Source of the DNA: Candidatus Gastranaerophilales bacterium
GTDB taxonomy: Bacteria > Cyanobacteriota > Vampirovibrionia > Gastranaerophilales > Gastranaerophilaceae
NCBI GenBank assembly: GCA_944322895.1
Contig: CALUQL010000001.1
Location: 7,195-71,194, forward strand
Length of the DNA: 64,000 nt
Direction of reading: 5' to 3'
Shown: positions 39,762 through 47,111 of the stretch, piece after piece
Layout: the number at the start of each line of letters is the position of its first letter
Position numbering within the stretch: position 1 is the stretch's first letter
Position numbers and translations under genes: made by a program
The notes under the pieces: generated by a model
Seen by the model: the letters and a program-made list of their open reading frames with translations, nothing else
Databases searched by the model: none
What the model was told of the DNA's origin: nothing

Positions 39762-40787
39762 TTGTATATGAGTAAATTTTGTAAACATCCGTTCCATACA
39801 ATACAAATACAAAATACAGGAGATGTATATTGTTGCTGTTGTTATTGGACAAATTTTTATTCTTTCGGGAATATTTTTGAAAAGTCCTTTGATGAAATCT
39901 GGAATGGAGAAAAAGCAAAAGAATTTAGAAAACAATTTATCGAAAATAATTACAAATACTGCAATTTAGAAGTTTGTGATCCTTTTTTACATGAATTCGA
40001 ACCTGATTATACAGCAGATTATCCAAAGAAAGTAGAATTTAGTTATGATAGAAGATGTAATGTACGCTGCATTTTTTGTAGAAATGAAAAAAATAAAGAA
40101 GAAGAAGAATACAACAGACAAAAAGAAAAAAGAATAGAAGAAAATTTTGACAAAATTTTTACTCCAATTATTCAGAAAGCAGAGGTAGTTGAACTAAATT
40201 CAGCCGGAGAGTTATTTGCAAGTAAACATTCTATTGAAATTGTAAAAAAAATTATAAAAATTAATCTAAATATAGAATTCAACATAATTTCGAATGGAAT
40301 TTTATTTACAAAAGAAAATATAGACGCAATTGGTTTAGATAAGCATCTTAACACCGTTATAATTTCAATGCACGCAACAACGGAAAAAACATATAATAAA
40401 CTTGTTGAAAATGGCAATTTTAAAGCCTTAATGAAAAATGTAAAATATCTCTCAGAACTGAAAAAAGAAGGTTCTATAAGAAATCTACAATTAAATTTTG
40501 TTGTAACAGCAATTAATTATAAAGAAATGAAAGATTTTGTAAGACTAGCAAGAGAACTAGACGCAAAAGCATTTTTCATAAACTATCATAGACAAATTGA
40601 TTCTGACGAACTTATGAACAGATTAGATATTTCACTTACATCGCATCCACAATACAATAAATTAGTAAAAATGTTAAAAAATCCAATATTCAAGGAAGAA
40701 TGCTGTGTTCTTAATGATTATCTGAAAGAATTAAAACCAAACAAAAAAAAGTTAACAAATATATTAAAAGACTTATTTAAAAAATGA
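39762..40787 (+). CDS. Radical SAM enzyme, clade B (N-terminal SPASM-like module)
   Basis: N-terminus FCKHPFHTIQIQNTGDVYCCCC..GNIFEKSFDEIWNGEKAKEFRKQF..YCNLEVC. Triad CNVRCIFC. Also ISMHATTEKTYNKL and a C-terminal CCVLNDYLKELKP. Confidence 0.85.
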   Translation: MYMSKFCKHPFHTIQIQNTGDVYCCCCYWTNFYSFGNIFEKSFDEIWNGEKAKEFRKQFIENNYKYCNLEVCDPFLHEFEPDYTADYPKKVEFSYDRRCNVRCIFCRNEKNKEEEEYNRQKEKRIEENFDKIFTPIIQKAEVVELNSAGELFASKHSIEIVKKIIKINLNIEFNIISNGILFTKENIDAIGLDKHLNTVIISMHATTEKTYNKLVENGNFKALMKNVKYLSELKKEGSIRNLQLNFVVTAINYKEMKDFVRLARELDAKAFFINYHRQIDSDELMNRLDISLTSHPQYNKLVKMLKNPIFKEECCVLNDYLKELKPNKKKLTNILKDLFKK

Positions 40788-41765
40788 ACCTTTATCCAAT
40801 ATTTCTTTTATATACTCCCAAATATGAGGTTCAATATTATTTTCTTTGCAATAATTTTTATAAAAATCGAACAAATCATAATAATATTTAGGAATTATAA
40901 ATTCTCCGTTTTGTAGGAATTCGTTGTCACATTGATCTATCATCAACTCAGAAGTCTTAATTCCTATAACCTTCATTAAATCAATGTATTTTCTAAGTTC
41001 TTCGATATTATCATTTACACCTCTAACCAAAATATACTTTAATCTAAGAAGTATAGGCAGTTTAGAATATTTTTTCAAATTTTCAACAACATCATCAAAT
41101 TTATCAACTATTTTAATTTTTTTAAATGTTTCTCTGCTTCCTGAATCTATCGAAATATTTATATCAACAAAAGTCTTATCACATATTTCTTCGACAATTG
41201 GTAAATACATAATTCCATTTGTAGCTATTTCAATACGCTTAACACCATTCTTAATAAAAATATCAACTAAATTTTCAAATTCATCAAGAACAGACACATT
41301 ACCGCCCTGAAAATGAACATCAAGTTCTTGTTTATCTATCAAATCCTTCTTATAAAGTTCTTTTATAATTGGAAGTAAATCATAATAATCACTCTTTTTA
41401 GGTTTTAATACAATTTTCCTATTAGATAGATATTGTTCACAACAATAAATACAACTGCAATCACATTGTTTAAAATGTTTTACAATTATCAAATTTGTCT
41501 TTGGCGGTTTAGCTAATTGACTAAAAATAAGAGGCTTTGGATTCTTCTGTTCTTTTAAATCAAAACAACCTTCACACTCTGTTGGAATAATACCTTTATC
41601 TAACATTTTGATTAAAGAATTTCTTTTCTTTAATACTTCTTTAACTTTTTCTGGAGAAGGTATATCACAAGAAGGACCAGTTCTTGTAGCACAACAATAG
41701 AATACTTTCAGTGCATCAAAGTTTAAAGTTTCATTTAATCTTTTACAATAATATCTTTTTTTCAT
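40773..41765 (-). CDS. Radical SAM enzyme, clade A3
   Basis: Triad CDCSCIYC. N-terminus YYCKRLNETL..YCC..GP..CEGC. Also FQGGNVSVLDEFE, ISIDSGSRETFKKIKIV and KYILVRGVNDNIEE. A 15-nt convergent overlap with 39762-40787. Confidence 0.85.
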   Translation of the reverse strand: MKKRYYCKRLNETLNFDALKVFYCCATRTGPSCDIPSPEKVKEVLKKRNSLIKMLDKGIIPTECEGCFDLKEQKNPKPLIFSQLAKPPKTNLIIVKHFKQCDCSCIYCCEQYLSNRKIVLKPKKSDYYDLLPIIKELYKKDLIDKQELDVHFQGGNVSVLDEFENLVDIFIKNGVKRIEIATNGIMYLPIVEEICDKTFVDINISIDSGSRETFKKIKIVDKFDDVVENLKKYSKLPILLRLKYILVRGVNDNIEELRKYIDLMKVIGIKTSELMIDQCDNEFLQNGEFIIPKYYYDLFDFYKNYCKENNIEPHIWEYIKEILDKGSFFK

Positions 41766-41820
41766 ACAATAATTATACTAAATTTCTTAAATTATAATAA
41801 TATAGTAAAGAAAGTAATTT

Positions 41821-42816
41821 ATGAATTTTTTTGATGTATTTAAAAATAAAAAATCATACATGTGCCCGTTATTAAATAATCATTTGCATTTTTCGTGTAG
41901 AAATGCATTAGAACCTTGTTGCAGTGCTAATATTGGACCTGCTTTTGTAAAAGAACTCTCCAAAAAAGATTCCATAAAAAACTTTGTTGAAACAAAAAAG
42001 AAATACATTAAATTATTAAAGGATGGTAAAATTCCAGAAGAATGCAAGAATTGTGTTCATATAACTACATACAAAAAAACAAACGATTTTCGCATTAATA
42101 AAATAACACTAAATCACTATACACAATGTAATTGTGCTTGTATATATTGCACTCAAGGTAATAGAACAATAGAAAAAATAAAAGAGGATGCAAATAAACC
42201 TGTTTTATTTGATGTTCTTAAATTTATAAATGAATTATATGATAATGATCTAGTTGATAGAGAAAAGCTTTATATTGATTTTCAAGGTGGGAATATTTCT
42301 TGTCTAAAGAATCACGAAGAAATAATAAATACATTTCTCAATCGCGGAGTAGGAACAATCTATATTCCGACAAACAATATTGTTTATATGCCAATTATTG
42401 AAGAATTATTAAAATGTAAAAAAGGAGAACTCTGTACTGCACTTGACTCCGGTTGCAGAGAAACATATTTAAAAATAAAACAAGTAGATAAATTTGATAA
42501 ATCTGTTGAAAATATAAAAAGATATATAGCTTCAGCCGGTAATGATTCAATAATAATAAAATATATAATAGTAAATGGCTATAATGACAATATTGAAGAA
42601 TTTAAAATGTTTATGAATAAAATGATTGAATTAAATGTTAAAATCATAGTATTAGACATTGACTATCGAGACATTATTGATGGGGCATTCAAAATTCCAA
42701 AAAACTACTATGACATTTTAAACTATGCAAAAGAAACCTGCAAAATTAATAATATTGATTTAGGAATTCCTCCCTATACTAAACAAGTCTTTGACAGAGG
42801 ATATTCTTGCAAATAA
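41821..42816 (+). CDS. Radical SAM enzyme, clade A3
   Basis: Triad CNCACIYC. N-terminus MCPLLNNHL..PCC..GPAF..CKNC. Also FQGGNISCLKNHE, LDSGCRETYLKIKQV and KYIIVNGYNDNIEE. Confidence 0.85.
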   Translation: MNFFDVFKNKKSYMCPLLNNHLHFSCRNALEPCCSANIGPAFVKELSKKDSIKNFVETKKKYIKLLKDGKIPEECKNCVHITTYKKTNDFRINKITLNHYTQCNCACIYCTQGNRTIEKIKEDANKPVLFDVLKFINELYDNDLVDREKLYIDFQGGNISCLKNHEEIINTFLNRGVGTIYIPTNNIVYMPIIEELLKCKKGELCTALDSGCRETYLKIKQVDKFDKSVENIKRYIASAGNDSIIIKYIIVNGYNDNIEEFKMFMNKMIELNVKIIVLDIDYRDIIDGAFKIPKNYYDILNYAKETCKINNIDLGIPPYTKQVFDRGYSCK

Positions 42817-44199
42817 TTACCACAACTTAAACAAATGATAATTTATCATTGCCTTTAATATATATCTAGTTTGAGAAACAGGAATATCATTTAGTAAATT
42901 CCATAAACGTTTGGGTCTAAAATAAAATTTCCAGTATACTTTTTGTATTGTCCTTAAAATATCTTCTTCCGTCAAATTATCAGGAAGCCAATCAGGCTTT
43001 GATATAAATGAATGTTCATAATTTAGTTGATACTTTTCTTTTAATTTTTTTGATAAATCAGAACCTGGAAGAAGTCTCAAAGCAAAGAATCCTGCTCTAT
43101 CAAGCTTACTATTTACAGCATAATTAATTGTTTTTTGAATTGTTTCTCTTGTTTCACCGGGAAGACCAAATATGAAATTTCCTTGAGTAATCATGCCTGC
43201 TTCATGAGCAAGATTTATTGCAAAATCAATTTGTTCAATTGTCTCACCTTTCCTAATATTTTTCAGAATTTGATTATCAGCAGACTCAATACCAAAATCT
43301 ATTAGGTAGCAACCTGATTTTTTCATCAAAGCCAAAACTTCTTTATCAACCTTATCAGCTCTAACACCATTTGGTGTAGACCAAGGTACTTTGATATTAT
43401 TTTCTATCAGTGCATTACAAAGTTCAATAATATAATCTCTTTTCAATGTTAAATTATCATCAGTAAATTGAAGTTCTTTTATTCCCAAATGTTCTATTTG
43501 ATATTTAACTTCTTCGATAACATTTGAAACAGAACGTTGTCTTATACCTTTGTAGAAATTATTTGAAGAACAAAAAGTACATCTGCTTGGACAACCTCTT
43601 GAAGTCATAATAATACCAATTGGATTTCCTCGAGCTATAACAGCGTGAGGGGAATGTGGATATGTAATTGGAGGCAATTGTTCCCAATCAGGCATTGGTA
43701 TTGTATCTAAATCCATTACAGTTTCGGCTTTAAGAATTGGTTCACCATTAATTTGCGTTTCGTCATCTTTTAATGATTCTAAATCATAAACTCCTTGTAT
43801 ATTTTTATGATTAAGGTTATTTTCACATATTCGTTTTAAAGGAATTTCACCTTCACCGCAAACTACAAAATCAGCTCGACTATCCTTTAAAGTAGTATAA
43901 GGAAGAAAAGTTGGATGAACTCCACCTATATTTACTTTAAAACCTTCTTTCTTCAATGCTCTTGATATATCAACAGTTTGTTTATAGAATGCAGTTAAAC
44001 AGTGTATTCCAATTAAATCAGGATTATATTCTTTTGCCATTTTAACAACATCATTAACACTTAAATTGTCTCTCAAGGCATCAATAATTTTGGTTTCTAC
44101 ATTGCAATATTTTTTTATATATGAAGATAAATACAAAACCCCTAAAGGCGGTGCCATAACATAAGTATCGAAATTAGGAACAATAAATAATATCTTCAA
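42817..44199 (-). CDS. B12-binding-domain radical SAM enzyme (class B rSAM, methyltransferase-like)
   Basis: 460 aa. N-terminal Rossmann-like B12-binding-type region (MKILFIVPNF..PPLGVLYLSSY..DLIGIHCLT), then TSRGCPSRCTFCSS. The architecture is typical of the B12-binding/rSAM family. Confidence 0.75.
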   Translation of the reverse strand: MKILFIVPNFDTYVMAPPLGVLYLSSYIKKYCNVETKIIDALRDNLSVNDVVKMAKEYNPDLIGIHCLTAFYKQTVDISRALKKEGFKVNIGGVHPTFLPYTTLKDSRADFVVCGEGEIPLKRICENNLNHKNIQGVYDLESLKDDETQINGEPILKAETVMDLDTIPMPDWEQLPPITYPHSPHAVIARGNPIGIIMTSRGCPSRCTFCSSNNFYKGIRQRSVSNVIEEVKYQIEHLGIKELQFTDDNLTLKRDYIIELCNALIENNIKVPWSTPNGVRADKVDKEVLALMKKSGCYLIDFGIESADNQILKNIRKGETIEQIDFAINLAHEAGMITQGNFIFGLPGETRETIQKTINYAVNSKLDRAGFFALRLLPGSDLSKKLKEKYQLNYEHSFISKPDWLPDNLTEEDILRTIQKVYWKFYFRPKRLWNLLNDIPVSQTRYILKAMINYHLFKLW

Positions 44200-44286
44200 A
44201 ATTAGTAATCCACTTCAAGAATATTTTTTAATCATACAATATATTATATAATAATTAGGTAAATATAAAATAAGATAATAATTAAT

Positions 44287-44718
44287 ATGATTAAAACTTT
44301 TTATCACAAAGAAGAACAAATAGCCTTAGTTATAAAAAATAATTACCATAATGAAGGCATAAAATTTTTCACAGAAGACGATTCTGCTCAGCAGATTGCA
44401 TATATGAGTCATCCTAAAGATACAATAATAAAAGCCCATGTTCATAATAGAGTCAAGCGAACGGTATATGATACTCAAGAGGTATTAATTATAAAAAAAG
44501 GCAAGCTAAGATTAGACTTATACTTTCAAGATAAGGAATACATAGAAAGTACAATTTTAGAAGCAGGAGATATTGTTTTTCTTCCACACGGCGGGCATGG
44601 TTTAAAATGTTTGGAAGATGTAAGTATGATAGAAGTAAAACAAGGACCATATCTTGGAGTTAATGACAAAGTTCGATTCCCAGAAATATCAGATGACAAG
44701 GTAGTTATAAATGAATAA
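44287..44718 (+). CDS. Cupin-fold protein (WxcM/FdtA/WbuC-like; probable sugar-nucleotide isomerase or epimerase)
   Basis: 143 aa. Cupin motif 1-like AHVHNRVKRTVYDTQEVLIIKKG and motif 2-like GDIVFLPHGGHG. It overlaps the start of the DegT-type aminotransferase. Confidence 0.5.
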   Translation: MIKTFYHKEEQIALVIKNNYHNEGIKFFTEDDSAQQIAYMSHPKDTIIKAHVHNRVKRTVYDTQEVLIIKKGKLRLDLYFQDKEYIESTILEAGDIVFLPHGGHGLKCLEDVSMIEVKQGPYLGVNDKVRFPEISDDKVVINE

Positions 44719-45835
44719 ATTTATTCCTGTTTTTTCACCGGATTTAAACGGAAATGAAAAATTATACTTAAATGAATGTATAGAAACTGGTTGGCTTGGC
44801 TCAAACGGTCCTTTTGTAAAAAGACTTGAACAAGAATTTGCTAAATTCTGCAACCAAGAATACGGAAGTTGTGTTACAAATGGATCTGCAGCCTTAGATG
44901 TTGCGATAAGAGCGATGAAAGATGTTTATAAATGGGAAGATTTTTCAGAAGTTATCATACCCTCTTTTAACATTATTTCGGCAGCACAAAGCTGTATATA
45001 TAACAAATTAAAACCTGTTTTTGCAGATGCAGAAATAAATACTTGGAATGTTGACACATCAAAAATAGAAGAACTAATCACAAATAAAACAAAAGCAATA
45101 GTAATTGTACATATATATGGACTTCCATCTGATGTTGAAGAGATTATAAAGATAGCCCAAAAGCATAATTTAAAAATAATAGAAGATGCAGCACAAGCTC
45201 ATGGTCAAGAATATAAAGGCAGAAAGTGCGGAAGTTTTGGATATGTTGCTACTTTTTCATTTTTTACAAATAAACACATTGCTTGTGGTGAAGGAGGTAT
45301 CGTTCTTACTTCAGATAAAGAATTAATAGATAAAATCAATTATTATAAAAATTTATGTTTTACAAAAGATAAATTTATACATACAGACCTCGGTTGGAAT
45401 TGTAGAATGTCAAATTTACAAGCAGCAGTAGCCTATGCTCAATTTGAAAAATTAGATAAAACTATTGAAAAGAAAAAATATATAGGAAAAAAATATCATA
45501 ATTTATTAAAAGAAATTCCTGCAGAACTTTCTGTAGAGAAAACAAATTATGCGCAAAATCATTATTGGATTTTTGGCGTAGTTATAAATAAAGAATTAAA
45601 ATTAACAGCAAAGGAAGCAATAGAAAAACTTGCGAAAGAGAATATAGAAACAAGACCATTTTTCTACCCAATGCACAAACAGCCTGTTTTTAACGAACTT
45701 GGAATTTTAGATAATATAAAAAGACCCGTCTCTGAATTTTTATATGATAAAGGCTTTTATATTCCAACAGGCTTAAACCTTACAGATGAAGAGTTAGAAT
45801 ATATTGCAGAAAAGGTAAGAAACTTATTTGCCTAA
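44711..45835 (+). CDS. DegT/DnrJ/EryC1/StrS-family sugar aminotransferase (PLP-dependent)
   Basis: N-terminus PVFSPDLNGNEKLYLNECIETGWLG. PLP-lysine region FSFFTNKHIACGEGG. Length is 374 aa. Confidence 0.85.
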   Translation: MNKFIPVFSPDLNGNEKLYLNECIETGWLGSNGPFVKRLEQEFAKFCNQEYGSCVTNGSAALDVAIRAMKDVYKWEDFSEVIIPSFNIISAAQSCIYNKLKPVFADAEINTWNVDTSKIEELITNKTKAIVIVHIYGLPSDVEEIIKIAQKHNLKIIEDAAQAHGQEYKGRKCGSFGYVATFSFFTNKHIACGEGGIVLTSDKELIDKINYYKNLCFTKDKFIHTDLGWNCRMSNLQAAVAYAQFEKLDKTIEKKKYIGKKYHNLLKEIPAELSVEKTNYAQNHYWIFGVVINKELKLTAKEAIEKLAKENIETRPFFYPMHKQPVFNELGILDNIKRPVSEFLYDKGFYIPTGLNLTDEELEYIAEKVRNLFA

Positions 45836-46525
45836 TTTAATTCTTAATACAGAGATAAGAGCCTCTATTATTATATGCGAACTCATTTTAGACTTTCCTT
45901 TTTTTCTTTCTTCAAAAAGTATAGGAAACTCTTTTACAATACACCCTGCTTTTACAGCTTTATATTTCATTTCGGCTTGAAAAATATAACCTTTTACTTT
46001 AATAGAATCCAAATTTATTTTATATAAAGCATCTTTAGTGTATGTATTAAATCCTTCAGTCCAATCTTTTATGTTATCCCCCAAAATAAAATCGGCATAA
46101 ATATTACCGCCAATAGAAATAAAATTTCTAAACCAATGTTTTTCGGTTGTATTTCCATCTTTTGCATAGCGAGAACCGCAAGCAATATCGACACCCGATT
46201 CTATTAGTTTAACAGCGTCTTTAATATATATCGGTTTATGAGAAAAATCTGCATCAATAGAGGTAAATAAATCAAAACCTTTAGAAAGTCCCCACTTAAA
46301 ACCGTTTATATATGCATTTGCCAATCCTGATTTTTCGCTTTGCTCAAGTATAAATAAATTAGGATTATTTTCCATTAATTGTTTAACTTTTTGACCAGTT
46401 CCGTCAGGAGATGAATCATCCACAACTAAAATACTAATTTCAGGATACAAACCAAACAATTCATTTATCATATCCTCAATATTTTCTATTTCATTATAAG
46501 TCGGAATAACAACCAAATGTTTCAT
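45824..46525 (-). CDS. GT2 polyprenol-phosphate glycosyltransferase (DPM1/ArnC-like)
   Basis: VVIPTYNEIENIEDMINEL..ILVVDDSSPDGT plus a 233-aa size, typical of dolichyl/undecaprenyl-phosphate sugar synthases. Confidence 0.75.
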   Translation of the reverse strand: MKHLVVIPTYNEIENIEDMINELFGLYPEISILVVDDSSPDGTGQKVKQLMENNPNLFILEQSEKSGLANAYINGFKWGLSKGFDLFTSIDADFSHKPIYIKDAVKLIESGVDIACGSRYAKDGNTTEKHWFRNFISIGGNIYADFILGDNIKDWTEGFNTYTKDALYKINLDSIKVKGYIFQAEMKYKAVKAGCIVKEFPILFEERKKGKSKMSSHIIIEALISVLRIKLGK

Positions 46526-46600
46526 TTATAAACCGCTCTCCATAACCAAAACCAAACTATAGCTATTTTATTATAAAACACATTATTAATAAATAATTAA

Positions 46601-47011
46601 CTATTTATAGCTGCCGACTTTCCTTCCATATTTGTCGTATTCAGTAATTCTGCCTGAAGAATCTTTTTTAAAAGAGCCTGTTTTACGTCCATATTCATCG
46701 TACTTAGTTGTTACACCGTTTGAATTTGTTTTGTAACTACCTATTTTACGGCCATACTCATCATAAGAATTATAACCGGTCGATGTTTTTTTAAAACTGC
46801 CTGTTTTTCTGCCATATTCGTCGTAAGCGTTATACCCCGATGAAGTTTTTTTGTAAGACCCTGTTTTAGAGCCATATTTATCGTAAGAATTATAACCTGA
46901 TGATGTTTCTTTATAAGAACCTGTCTTGCGCCCGTAACTATCATAAGAATTAACTGCAAAAGCGCAACCTGTGAAAAATAATAAAACAAACAAAGTAAAA
47001 AGATTTTTCAT
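46601..47011 (-). CDS. Lipoprotein composed of YD-repeat-like tandem repeats
   Basis: Signal peptide with lipobox (LLFFTGC). The rest of the protein is about 5.5 copies of a 20-22-aa unit, (S/A)YD(S/K/E)YGRKTGS(Y/F)KKTSSGYN. Confidence 0.6.
   Translation of the reverse strand: MKNLFTLFVLLFFTGCAFAVNSYDSYGRKTGSYKETSSGYNSYDKYGSKTGSYKKTSSGYNAYDEYGRKTGSFKKTSTGYNSYDEYGRKIGSYKTNSNGVTTKYDEYGRKTGSFKKDSSGRITEYDKYGRKVGSYK
46604..46948 (-). repeat. In-frame tandem repeat with period about 60-66 nt inside the lipoprotein gene
   Basis: Peptide units SYDSYGRKTGSYKETSSGYN, SYDKYGSKTGSYKKTSSGYN, AYDEYGRKTGSFKKTSTGYN, SYDEYGRKIGSYKTNSNGVTTK, YDEYGRKTGSFKKDSSGRITE and YDKYGRKVGSYK. Confidence 0.8.
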
Positions 47012-47096
47012 ACAACACCTTTCATACTTATTATAACGATTATAAAGAATAAAAGTTTTTCCTGCAATTCTAAGGCAGGATTGAAAAAATATTTTA

Positions 47097-47105
47097 TGCT
47101 AAAAT
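47097..47105 (+). promoter_or_regulatory. Candidate extended -10 promoter (TGcTAAAAT) for the SDR gene; possibly leaderless
   Basis: TGcTAAAAT ends 6 nt before the ATG at 47112 and there is no SD sequence. A transcript starting about 7 nt downstream would begin at or next to the start codon. Confidence 0.3.
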
Positions 47106-47111
47106 TTTGAT

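Larger units (their letters stand above)
5953..44199. other. Radical-SAM-rich accessory locus (24 small rSAM paralogues, 1 B12-type rSAM and accessory genes)
   Basis: Summed rSAM ORF lengths are about 26.0 kb of a 38.2-kb span. The locus has 18 strand switches. Member CDS entries follow. Confidence 0.85.

Noticed and set aside
5953-44199. Interpretation of the rSAM array as a RiPP (ribosomal peptide) maturation cluster, since SPASM-type rSAMs are classic peptide maturases.
   Set aside because: I found no credible small precursor ORFs with ribosome-binding sites in the intergenic regions. I also found no leader peptidase, RiPP-recognition-element protein or ABC exporter. The flanking genes are sugar-nucleotide enzymes. 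The idea is not excluded, but it is less supported than glycan or envelope tailoring.
47060-47080. Hairpin tcctgc-aattctaag-gcagga in the divergent region between the lipoprotein gene and the SDR gene.
   Set aside because: No adjoining U-run lies on either strand in terminator orientation, and no gene ends here. It may be an operator or nothing; there is insufficient evidence to annotate it.
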